Shown here: positions 10,410 to 19,181 of the stretch, one piece after another
How the letters are laid out: every line of letters starts with the position of its first letter
Position numbering within the stretch: position 1 is the stretch's first letter
Sequence record: SRR20825010_561
Reading direction: 5' to 3' (one strand)
DNA length: 60,252 bases
The notes under the pieces: model-generated
Databases searched by the model: none
What the model saw: the letters and a program-made list of their open reading frames with translations, nothing else
Told to the model about the DNA's origin: nothing
Position numbers and translations under genes: made by a program

Positions 10410-10964
10410 TTAATTAGTAATTTCTGAGATAGAACCAGTAATATCCAAAACTACTTCAATATTAAAATCGCTTTCAATCCCTTTATCAAAGCTTGTGGTA
10501 AGTACTAAGTCAAATGATTCTTGATTACTAATGATAGCCTCAATGCTAGCCGCCTGAGCAGCAGAAACCTTCAAGGAAGTTTTCCCCCTCTCAAAAGCTG
10601 TAAAGAGGTCATTAGCAAGTGAAACTCCAGTAACAGTCAACACCTCTGTGGTATTACCATCCAATACTGTGGACAGACTGATATTCATCAACACGGTATT
10701 ACCTGCTGTTCCAGAATATCCAGAAACTTGATATTTAAGATTATTGAGAGTAATATTTTTAATCCGTTCAGAGTCTTCCGTAAATAGGGCCGATGGGTCA
10801 ACTGTTTGCTCAGTAGTGTAAGTATTGTTAGCACTACCATTGGCTGTAGCACTATTGATTGCAAATTGATAACTACCTACAGATGGTACGGTAATTACAG
10901 CACCCCCTTCATCACAAGCCGAAAGTGCGATTAAGAGCGTAAAAAATAAATAGATCTTTTTCAT
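10410..10964 (-). CDS. Hypothetical lipoprotein, apparent paralog of the downstream lipoprotein
   Basis: MKKIYL...LSAC lipobox followed by acidic residues. Confidence 0.75.
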   Translation of the reverse strand: MKKIYLFFTLLIALSACDEGGAVITVPSVGSYQFAINSATANGSANNTYTTEQTVDPSALFTEDSERIKNITLNNLKYQVSGYSGTAGNTVLMNISLSTVLDGNTTEVLTVTGVSLANDLFTAFERGKTSLKVSAAQAASIEAIISNQESFDLVLTTSFDKGIESDFNIEVVLDITGSISEITN

Positions 10965-11101
10965 TTTATTAGTATTAACAGGTTACGTAAAGTTAACAAT
11001 AAATTTGATGCCTGCATTCTAAGTGTGTCTCGTTCAAAGTATAATTTATTCTTTCTCAAAAAGAAAAACTTTAAGCATTTGAAATCGGTATCATAGACAG
11101 T

Positions 11102-11109
11102 TACCTTTG
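11102..11109 (+). promoter_or_regulatory. Bacteroidota -7 promoter box for ahpC
   Basis: TACCTTTG(CACCC), with a TTTG about 20 nt upstream. Confidence 0.65.
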
Positions 11110-11235
11110 CACCCGAGAGCACGAAGGCACTTTTCTGATTATAAAAATAAAGGTGGATCTTAAGTAATCTGGGTGGTCTGTTTATGTAAAGATTAATAAA
11201 AGAAATCAATTATTCAATTCAAATAAAAAAAACAA

Positions 11236-11865
11236 ATGTCATTAGTTGGAAAAAAAGCGCCAATATTTAGCGCCCCGGCAGTAATTAACGGAGAAGAAAT
11301 AGTTGAGGGATTCTCTCTTGATCAGTACATCGGAAAAAAAGATGTAGTATTCTTCTTCTACCCTAAAGACTTCACTTTCGTATGTCCTACAGAAATCTTG
11401 GCTTTCCAAGAGAAATTAGGCGAATTCGAAAAGCGAGGTGTTGCTGTAGTTGCTGCTTCATGCGATACAGAAGAAAGTCATTTAGCTTGGTTAATGACTC
11501 CAAAAAACCAAGGTGGTATCGAAGGTGTAACTTATCCTGTTGTAGCAGATACAGCCAAAACTATTGCTCATAATTATGGCGTTTTAGCTGGAGACTGGAA
11601 CTACAATGAAGAAGGTAATTTGACTTTTGAAGGAGCTCCAATTGCTTACAGAGGTACATTCTTGATAGATAAAGAAGGAACTGTAAGACAAGAAACAATC
11701 AACGATTTGCCATTAGGTAGAAATATCGATGAAATGATCCGTTTAGTAGACGCGCTTCATCACGTTGAAAAATACGGTGAGGTTTGCCCTGCTAACTGGG
11801 AAGAAGGTAAAGAAGCAATGAAAGCTACTAAAGATGGCGTTGCTGACTACCTTTCTAAAAATTAA
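11236..11865 (+). CDS. ahpC: 2-Cys peroxiredoxin
   Basis: FFYPKDFTFVCPTE and GEVCPANW motifs. Confidence 0.93.
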   Translation: MSLVGKKAPIFSAPAVINGEEIVEGFSLDQYIGKKDVVFFFYPKDFTFVCPTEILAFQEKLGEFEKRGVAVVAASCDTEESHLAWLMTPKNQGGIEGVTYPVVADTAKTIAHNYGVLAGDWNYNEEGNLTFEGAPIAYRGTFLIDKEGTVRQETINDLPLGRNIDEMIRLVDALHHVEKYGEVCPANWEEGKEAMKATKDGVADYLSKN

Positions 11866-11887
11866 GATGAATTAAATATTATGCATT

Positions 11888-11914
11888 AAAGCCCTCCTTA
11901 ATGGAGGGTTTTTT
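11888..11914 (+). terminator. Intrinsic terminator after ahpC
   Basis: AAAGCCCTCC-TTAAT-GGAGGGTTT followed by T run. Confidence 0.8.
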
Positions 11915-11927
11915 ATTTTTGTACTGA

Positions 11928-13172
11928 ATGGCAGTTGTTCTCTATAATGTATCAGTCCTCTTTTATCGTCTAATCGTAGGCTTGGTAAGTCCATTCAATG
12001 AAAAAGCAAAAAAGTTTATACAAGGCAGGAAAGACATATTTGAACATCTAGAAGAAGATTTCTCTGAAATCAAGAGTCCAGTCACCTGGTTTCATTGTGC
12101 ATCACTTGGGGAGTTTGAACAAGGTCGCCCTGTAATAGAAGCCTACCGTAAAACTAAACCAGATCACAAAATTCTCATCACCTTTTTCTCCCCTTCGGGC
12201 TATGAGCTCAGAAAGAATTATACCGAAGCAGATTTCGTCTATTACTTACCCATTGACACAAAAGAGAATGCTAAGCGTTTTTTGAGCATCGTCAATCCAG
12301 CCTTGGTCATCTTTGTGAAATATGAATTTTGGTATCATTACCTCAAACAAACCAGCCAACTTAAAATTCCACTTTACTGTATTTCGGCTTTATTCAACGA
12401 AAAACAGCGATTTTTCAAACCAAGCGGTGGCCTTTTCAGAAAAGTACTTGCCTTATTCGATCACATTTTTGTTCAGAATGAAAAATCTGAAAGGTTACTT
12501 CAGGAGATCAATATCAGCCAAGTTTCAGTGGCTGGCGACACACGGTTTGACAGAGTGGTGGACACCGTGAGCAACCCAAAGCATTTCCCATTGGCCGAAC
12601 AGTTCAGCAAAAACCAGCTAACGATGGTAATTGGAAGCTGTTGGCCTGCGGACATGGTCTTCCTCTACCCTATTATCAATCGTTCCCAAAACATTAAATT
12701 CATTATTGCTCCACATGATGTAAGCGAGAGCAGTGTGATACAGTTAGAAAAAGGGCTCGAACTTTCTTATTGCCGAATTACCGAGGCTACCCCAGAAAAA
12801 ATAGACCAGTCTCGAATCGTAATTGTCAATACAATTGGTATGCTTTCTTCTCTCTATCAATATGGTCAATTTTCGTACATTGGGGGAGCTTTTGGAGACG
12901 GACTACACAACATATTAGAAGCCGTTACTTTTGGTTTACCCGTAATTTTCGGGAATAATAATCTAGAAAAATTCCCTGAATCGTTAGCCCTGATTGAAAA
13001 AGGAGGTGCATTCTCATTTACTCAACAAGCAGAGATTGACGAATACTTCAAAAAGCTTTCGACAGATATTCATTTCAGAAATAAAGCATCTGATCTTTGT
13101 AAAGCATATATTCGAGAAAACACTGGAGCCACAGCTAAAATTATGGACAGTTTAACCCAATGGAACAAATGA
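11928..13172 (+). CDS. waaA: 3-deoxy-D-manno-octulosonic acid (Kdo) transferase
   Basis: WFHCASLGE, TFFSPSG, GDTRFD, GLHNILEA motifs. Confidence 0.9.
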   Translation: MAVVLYNVSVLFYRLIVGLVSPFNEKAKKFIQGRKDIFEHLEEDFSEIKSPVTWFHCASLGEFEQGRPVIEAYRKTKPDHKILITFFSPSGYELRKNYTEADFVYYLPIDTKENAKRFLSIVNPALVIFVKYEFWYHYLKQTSQLKIPLYCISALFNEKQRFFKPSGGLFRKVLALFDHIFVQNEKSERLLQEINISQVSVAGDTRFDRVVDTVSNPKHFPLAEQFSKNQLTMVIGSCWPADMVFLYPIINRSQNIKFIIAPHDVSESSVIQLEKGLELSYCRITEATPEKIDQSRIVIVNTIGMLSSLYQYGQFSYIGGAFGDGLHNILEAVTFGLPVIFGNNNLEKFPESLALIEKGGAFSFTQQAEIDEYFKKLSTDIHFRNKASDLCKAYIRENTGATAKIMDSLTQWNK

Positions 13173-14089
13173 GAGGAAGAGTCATTCGATCTACGGGGTC
13201 ATGGTATGAAGTAAAAACCGAAAGCGGAGAAATTTTCAAAGCTCGTTTACGCGGTAAATTCAAGCAAGACAAGCTGAAAGTAAACAACCCTATTGCGGTG
13301 GGCGATTGGGTACTTCTTGACCAAGAAGGTGAAGAAGGTTCGGCTGTAATCAAAACAATTGAGCCACGCTCCAATTATATCATTCGCAAGTCTACTCGTA
13401 AGTCTAATTTTTCACACATCATTGCTTCTAATTTAGACCAAGCACTTTTAGTCGCTACACTGGCTTTTCCGCGTACTTCTTTGGGCTTTATCGATCGCTT
13501 TTTGGTCAGTGCCGAATCTTTTAGAATCCCTTGTGTTTTGGTCATTAACAAAAGTGATTTACTGGATCAAGAAGGCTTAGAAATTGTAGCACAGCTAAAA
13601 GAATTGTACGAAGGCATTGGTTATCGTACCCTACTCATCTCGGTCTTAGAAGAACAAGGAATAGACGAAATTAAGGCTGCGCTCAAAGGCAAAACCTCTT
13701 TAATTTCTGGCCATTCTGGAGTAGGGAAATCTTCATTATTGAATGCTTTAGTGCCTGAGCTTGGTTTGCGAATTGGCGAAGTTTCCACTTTTGCCAATAA
13801 AGGAACCCACACCACCACCTTTGCCGAAATGTTTGAAACTGAAGGTGATGCTCGAATCATAGATACGCCTGGAATCAAAGAGCTGGGTTTGGTCGAAATG
13901 GAGCAAGAAGAAATTAGCGACTACTTCCCTGAAATGAGGGCATTCTTAGGACAGTGTAAATTCAACAACTGCCTCCATGTAAACGAACCCGGCTGCGCAG
14001 TATTAGAAGCTTTTGTGAACGGAGAAATTGCCGATTCCCGCTATATGAGTTATCTCAGTATGCTAGAAGATTCTGACAATAGAAGGTAA
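13160..14089 (+). CDS. rsgA: Ribosome small subunit-dependent GTPase A
   Basis: Circularly permuted GTPase (NKSD, GHSGVGKSS, HTTT, DTPG) and CKFNNCLHVNEPGC zinc finger. Confidence 0.95.
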   Translation: MEQMRGRVIRSTGSWYEVKTESGEIFKARLRGKFKQDKLKVNNPIAVGDWVLLDQEGEEGSAVIKTIEPRSNYIIRKSTRKSNFSHIIASNLDQALLVATLAFPRTSLGFIDRFLVSAESFRIPCVLVINKSDLLDQEGLEIVAQLKELYEGIGYRTLLISVLEEQGIDEIKAALKGKTSLISGHSGVGKSSLLNALVPELGLRIGEVSTFANKGTHTTTFAEMFETEGDARIIDTPGIKELGLVEMEQEEISDYFPEMRAFLGQCKFNNCLHVNEPGCAVLEAFVNGEIADSRYMSYLSMLEDSDNRR

Positions 14090-14155
14090 AAAAACACCCA
14101 ACAAAACAGGAGCACAATGATTCATCTTACTCCTGCCTCATTTGAATTTGACTGA

Positions 14156-14545
14156 CTACGAATTCATTCGGTCACTAACGTATTCAATTTTAGTTTTGCC
14201 ATGCTCCACAGGCTTTCCATCCTCACCTAAGTTTACCATGGTGATTTTGGCAATAGTCAGAATATCTTCTCTGGTCAGTTTATTACGTACTTCACATCTT
14301 AGTGTGATTGAAGTCCGCCCAAAAGTTACCGCTTCAATTCCAATCTCTATGATATCGCCTTGACGCGGTGCATTAATGAAATTGATTTCTGAAATAAATT
14401 TGGTTACAACATGCTTATTCTCAAGCTGCACAATCGTGTAAAGTGCGGCTTCTTCATCTATCCATTCCAAAAGCCTACCCCCAAACAATGTGGAATTAGG
14501 ATTTAAATCTCCGGGTCTTACCCATTTTCTAGTGTGAAAGTTCAT
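14156..14545 (-). CDS. Acyl-CoA thioesterase (hotdog fold)
   Basis: DLNPNSTLFGGRLLEWIDE; start revised to ATG 14545. Confidence 0.85.
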   Translation of the reverse strand: MNFHTRKWVRPGDLNPNSTLFGGRLLEWIDEEAALYTIVQLENKHVVTKFISEINFINAPRQGDIIEIGIEAVTFGRTSITLRCEVRNKLTREDILTIAKITMVNLGEDGKPVEHGKTKIEYVSDRMNS

Positions 14546-14626
14546 AATTCGTTTTTCCGTGAGCTTTAGCCTTACCTGATTATTTTTTGTTAGCATAAAT
14601 TTCTGTCTTTCGGAACTATTAATCAA

Positions 14627-14662
14627 ATTAATGGTATCTATATTAGTATAGACTAAAACTAT
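14627..14662. promoter_or_regulatory. OxyR/LysR-type operator
   Basis: ATTA-N7-CTAT (14627-14641) and ATAG-N7-CTAT (14648-14662) immediately before the oxyR start. Confidence 0.6.
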
Positions 14663-14665
14663 ACA

Positions 14666-15595
14666 ATGACCTTACAACAACTCGAATATGTGGTTGCGCT
14701 TGACACGCACCGTCACTTTGTAACCGCAGCCACTCACTGCTTTGTAACCCAACCCACACTGACCCTTCAAGTTAAAAAGCTTGAAGACGAGATGAACACA
14801 CTCATCTTTGATCGTTCACGTCACCCAATTGTACCTACTCCAACGGGTGAATTAATTATAAGCAAGGCCAGACAGATTTTGAGAGAAGCGCATCAATTAA
14901 AGGAATTGGTCAACTCTGAAAAAGACACCATCACCGGAAGTTTCAGAATTGCAGTCATCCCTACAGTCGCGCCTTACCTGATGCCTAGGTTTTTAAAAAG
15001 TTTTTCAGAAAAACACCCTAGTACACATCTTCAAATTAGGGAAATGGAATCGGAGGAAATTATTAATGCCTTAAAAAATGACTTTGTAGACATTGGTATT
15101 TTGGCCACTCCGTTGGAAGAACCTTCTATCAGAGAAATTCCATTGTACAATGAACCTTTTCTAGTTTATAGTTCCGAAAACCACTCATTGTACGGCAAAA
15201 ATAATGTCAAACCAGACAGCTTGCCTTTATATGGTTTATGGCTCTTAAATCAAGGGCATTGTTTCAGAAATCAAGTGCTCAATGTGTGTGATAAAAAGAA
15301 ACAGTCGGACAACCCTGGTTTTTCTTACGAAAGCGGCTCCATTGAAACCCTTAAAAACATGGTGCGCTCTAATATGGGTTATACACTTGTACCAGAACTT
15401 TCTGTAATAGATGAACTGAACGACCCAAGAGTAAAACGTTTAGAAAGCCCAGAGCCAGTAAGAGAAATTAGTTTGGTGGTGCATAAAAGCTTCACAAAAG
15501 AATCACTCATAGAAAAATTAAGAAAAGAAATCCTTTCCAACATCCCTGATCACTTTCAGAAAGGAAAGAAATTCACCAAGGTGAAGTGGCGATAA
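14666..15595 (+). CDS. oxyR: Hydrogen peroxide-inducible LysR regulator
   Basis: LysR HTH (AATHCFVTQPTLT) and redox pair GHCFRNQVLNVC. Confidence 0.88.
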   Translation: MTLQQLEYVVALDTHRHFVTAATHCFVTQPTLTLQVKKLEDEMNTLIFDRSRHPIVPTPTGELIISKARQILREAHQLKELVNSEKDTITGSFRIAVIPTVAPYLMPRFLKSFSEKHPSTHLQIREMESEEIINALKNDFVDIGILATPLEEPSIREIPLYNEPFLVYSSENHSLYGKNNVKPDSLPLYGLWLLNQGHCFRNQVLNVCDKKKQSDNPGFSYESGSIETLKNMVRSNMGYTLVPELSVIDELNDPRVKRLESPEPVREISLVVHKSFTKESLIEKLRKEILSNIPDHFQKGKKFTKVKWR

Positions 15596-15670
15596 CTTTT
15601 CACTTAAAGTGAACATTAACGACTCGAAAAGCCATAAGCAATATATCAGTCACCAATGTGTTTGGGCATT

Positions 15671-17119
15671 TTATTCTATCCAAAAATTAAGCACAGACAT
15701 CGATTCCATTTTCAAGTCAGCTGCTTCTACTCCTCTAATACGGGCCGTACTAGGTGCTTTAAGCTTTTTCACTTCCAAAAGGTGCTTTCCTCTACCTAAA
15801 TCGAGCACATCAATTACCGTTAAGTATCCTTTTTCACCATTAGAAATATGAGTTTTATAAACATACTCTAAGTTAGAATAAAGTATTCCGTCAATGTACA
15901 CTTCAAAAATTTGAGTTTGACATGTGATAGACTCGACCAATCTTGCCTCATAATTCTTATCGCGTATTAAATCGTCAACATTCAAGGTTGTATCCATTTG
16001 AGCCTGCATTCCAGCTTTAAAACCCTGCATAACGCCTCCCTCCGGACTCAGCTTGTAACTATCAGGACATAGCAGTTCAAGAATACCATTATCCTTGGGA
16101 TTATAGCGCAAGAATAACTCTAGAAAGCCATTCTTTACATATTTAGAAGGCAAACTCAGTTGATGTATAAATTGATCTTCGTCCCTTAGGTCATCATAAA
16201 GTTCTTCTACCATGTAGCGCTCCGAAATATTTGTCCGCTCAGGGTAAAACACATTCACATCTAGCGCATCAGCCTTTAGCGTTATCAGAAGTACAACCAA
16301 TAGAACGGAAGAAACACCAATGATCTGTTTCTTCTTATAAGTAGTAATGAGGTGGTAATAAATAGACCGATACAGGATAGATAAAGTGATTACCGAAAAG
16401 AAACGGTAAATGGGGTAATACAAGAATGAGAACCATTTCGATTTCTTAAAGGCACTAAAAAACAGAGTGTCGAGGAAGAAGATAATGGCCAAAATGAAAT
16501 AGAAAATGACCAAGAAAACAGCCAACAAATTCAGCACACCTATCCAGATGGTCAGTTCACTAGCAGTACTAAGTATTACGGTCAAGCTCATTAGGCTCAC
16601 CCCTATAGCAAAAACAATCACCACAGAAACAATGGAAAAGACCAATAGAAAAGTATAAGCAAAGATTACACTGGAAATTTTATCTAAATGAACAATCAGC
16701 TCATCAAGTGACCGAACGTTCTCAGGCATATACTTCCGGAATTTCCCTTTAAACCCAAGCTTGTCGTAGTCGATAAAATTTGAAACAGAACTGAGTCCAA
16801 CAATACCAATCCAAAACCCTCTGAGTAGAAGGTGAATCAATAAGTTAATAAGAAAGAATTTCATCCCGATTGGGATGGTATCTAAAATGAAATTGATGGA
16901 AATACTGAGCAAAGGATTGATTCCATTCGCCCCTGGGTTTAGCTTATTCTCCTGAATATTGCGGTTAATGTCATTGTACTCTCCAATACCCGTGGCTAGC
17001 AAAAAAATGGAAAAACCAGTAATAAGGAGTTCCAACTGCCAGCTTTCTAATTGAAGATTGGCCACCCATCGCCTCAGTTTACTTTCATCTTTGTCTTTAG
17101 GTCTGTCGCTGTTCGTCAT
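15671..17119 (-). CDS. Hypothetical multi-pass membrane protein
   Basis: 482 aa, several TM segments plus a soluble C-terminal domain; ESWQLELLI motif. Confidence 0.75.
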   Translation of the reverse strand: MTNSDRPKDKDESKLRRWVANLQLESWQLELLITGFSIFLLATGIGEYNDINRNIQENKLNPGANGINPLLSISINFILDTIPIGMKFFLINLLIHLLLRGFWIGIVGLSSVSNFIDYDKLGFKGKFRKYMPENVRSLDELIVHLDKISSVIFAYTFLLVFSIVSVVIVFAIGVSLMSLTVILSTASELTIWIGVLNLLAVFLVIFYFILAIIFFLDTLFFSAFKKSKWFSFLYYPIYRFFSVITLSILYRSIYYHLITTYKKKQIIGVSSVLLVVLLITLKADALDVNVFYPERTNISERYMVEELYDDLRDEDQFIHQLSLPSKYVKNGFLELFLRYNPKDNGILELLCPDSYKLSPEGGVMQGFKAGMQAQMDTTLNVDDLIRDKNYEARLVESITCQTQIFEVYIDGILYSNLEYVYKTHISNGEKGYLTVIDVLDLGRGKHLLEVKKLKAPSTARIRGVEAADLKMESMSVLNFWIE

Positions 17120-17214
17120 AGTTGAATAAGGTTAATCAACCAAAATAAACAATTCCTCCCTATTTACCCTAACAAGATTACTGAGGCTCGAATCTAACAG
17201 TAGTTTTGTCCAAC

Positions 17215-17244
17215 AAAAAAAGGGACAGTTTTCCAACAGTCCCT
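17215..17244 (-). terminator. Intrinsic terminator
   Basis: Minus strand AGGGACTGTT-GGAA-AACTGTCCCT then T run. Confidence 0.75.
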
Positions 17245-17268
17245 TCAAGATATATTATCAAGAGTATA

Positions 17269-17568
17269 CTACTCTTCAGTCTTCTTTTCTGCCTTAGCTT
17301 TTTTAGCCGCTGGCTTTTTTGCCTTAGGCGCCTCTTCAACAGCTGATTTTTCTGCCTTTATCGCTTTTTCTGCCTTAGGTGCTTCTTCCGCTACAGCTTT
17401 CTCTTTTTTTGCTTCCGCTTTAGGAGTTTTTTCAAATGAAGCTTTAAGCTCTTCCTTATCAACATTAGCAATTACAGGGGTACTTGTCAATTGCTTGATT
17501 TTATTAACCCTATCAGCAGATCTCTGCTTATTTCTTCTTGCTTTTCTTTTTAATCTCGTTATCCCCAT
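17269..17568 (-). CDS. Small basic Lys/Ala-rich protein (99 aa)
   Basis: MGITRLKRKARRNK N-terminus with KAEK/PAAKK tail; start set by the promoter at 17594-17601. Confidence 0.75.
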   Translation of the reverse strand: MGITRLKRKARRNKQRSADRVNKIKQLTSTPVIANVDKEELKASFEKTPKAEAKKEKAVAEEAPKAEKAIKAEKSAVEEAPKAKKPAAKKAKAEKKTEE

Positions 17569-17593
17569 GATAGTACTTGTTCGAAATGAGGTG

Positions 17594-17601
17594 CAAAGAT
17601 A
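17594..17601 (-). promoter_or_regulatory. Bacteroidota -7 promoter box
   Basis: Minus strand TATCTTTG(CACC). Confidence 0.65.
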
Positions 17602-17696
17602 AGAGTTTGAATACAATTTATAAACCCCTAGCGAAATAAAATTCAGATAAGTTTCAATTATCTCTTTAAGAACGATCAGATTAGCCTTGTGTTTAG

Positions 17697-17704
17697 TAGT
17701 TTTG
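17697..17704 (+). promoter_or_regulatory. -7 promoter box for hisS
   Basis: TAGTTTTG 20 nt upstream of ATG 17725. Confidence 0.5.
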
Positions 17705-17724
17705 TGCGAATAAAACGAACAAGA

Positions 17725-19095
17725 ATGGCTCAAAAACCTTCATTACCAAAAGGCGTTCGTGATTTCGGGCCGGAGCAAATGTTCCGCAGAAATTACCTTC
17801 TCGATACAATAAAAAGTGTTTTCAAAAAATATGGCTTCATGCCGTTGGAAACTCCCGCCATTGAAAACCTTTCCACCCTAACGGGCAAGTATGGAGATGA
17901 AGGCGACCAACTTTTGTTTAAGATTTTAAATTCTGGCGATTTCCTTTCAAAAACAGATTCCACTGATTTTGATGCTGGCGCTAAAGAATTAAGCAAGAAG
18001 ATCACAGAAAAAGGACTCAAATACGACCTTACGGTGCCCTTCGCTCGCTACGTAGTAATGAACCAAAACGATATTACCTTTCCTTTTAAACGTTATCAAG
18101 TTCAACCCGTTTGGCGTGCCGACCGACCACAGAAAGGCAGATATAGAGAGTTCTACCAGTGCGATGCAGATATTATTGGCACCAACTCATTGGTGTGCGA
18201 AGCAGAACTAATGGCCATGGTGAATGAAATCTTCTGTCAACTAGAACTAAAGGATTATCAAGTTTCATTGAGTAGCCGTAAAATACTTGAAGGTTTGGCT
18301 GATGTAATTGGTGCAACAGAGAAGTTCTCGGCCTTCTGCGTTATTTTGGATAAACTGGATAAAATCGGTTTGGAGAAAATGTTAGAGGAAATGTCGCAGT
18401 TAGGTATTCCAAAACCTGGACTCGATAGATTGACTGCCATTCTTAAAATTGAAGAAAGCAATACTCATAAAATCGAAACCCTAAGGAAAGTATTTATTGG
18501 TTCAGCAGTTGGAATAGAAGGTTTAAACGAAGTAGAAGCTACTTTGAAGCACATGACCAGTTTAGGCGTTGCTCACGACAAAACTCACTTCGACCTTACC
18601 TTGGCCCGTGGCCTTTCTTACTATACAGGAATTATATACGAGGTAAAGCCCACTTCGGTAAAGATGGGGACCATCACCGCTGGCGGTCGATACGATAACC
18701 TGACTGGTGTATTTGGCTTAGAAGGCGTTTCGGGAGTGGGCATTTCATTTGGCGTAGACAGGATTTATGACGTACTGGACGAACTAAACCTATTCCCTTC
18801 TAATCAATTAGGCAACACAAAGGTGATGATTACCAATTTTGACCAATCATGTTTGGAACATGCCTTAGGTCTTTCTTCTCGTTTGCGGAACAACAATATT
18901 AATTGTGAAGTCTACCCTGAACCGGCCAAAATGAAAAAACAATTGGGTTATGCCGACAAGAAAAGTATACCTTTTGTAGTTATGGTGGGTCAAGAAGAGA
19001 TAGACACCAATATATACACGGTGAAAAACATGGAGACTGGTGAACAACACAAACAAACTTTACTAGAGCTGATCGATTTTTTAATTGAACACTAA
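17725..19095 (+). CDS. hisS: Histidine--tRNA ligase
   Basis: YDLTVP, RADRPQKGRYREFYQCD, RGLSYYTG, AGGRYDNL; start revised to 17725. Confidence 0.97.
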   Translation: MAQKPSLPKGVRDFGPEQMFRRNYLLDTIKSVFKKYGFMPLETPAIENLSTLTGKYGDEGDQLLFKILNSGDFLSKTDSTDFDAGAKELSKKITEKGLKYDLTVPFARYVVMNQNDITFPFKRYQVQPVWRADRPQKGRYREFYQCDADIIGTNSLVCEAELMAMVNEIFCQLELKDYQVSLSSRKILEGLADVIGATEKFSAFCVILDKLDKIGLEKMLEEMSQLGIPKPGLDRLTAILKIEESNTHKIETLRKVFIGSAVGIEGLNEVEATLKHMTSLGVAHDKTHFDLTLARGLSYYTGIIYEVKPTSVKMGTITAGGRYDNLTGVFGLEGVSGVGISFGVDRIYDVLDELNLFPSNQLGNTKVMITNFDQSCLEHALGLSSRLRNNNINCEVYPEPAKMKKQLGYADKKSIPFVVMVGQEEIDTNIYTVKNMETGEQHKQTLLELIDFLIEH

Positions 19096-19181
19096 TCGAT
19101 AGGTGTACAAAGGCTGCTTTCTTAAATAAGTTTCGCGATAATGTATCGTTAATCAAGAAGCAAAATCAAATTTATACTGAA

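Noticed and set aside
11093-11107. Possible OxyR half-site ATAG-N7-CCTT at the ahpC promoter
   Set aside because: Only a partial match, explained by overlap with the -7 box
10961-11209. 82-aa minus-strand ORF upstream of the lipoprotein operon
   Set aside because: Spans the ahpC promoter and leader and has no protein-like features
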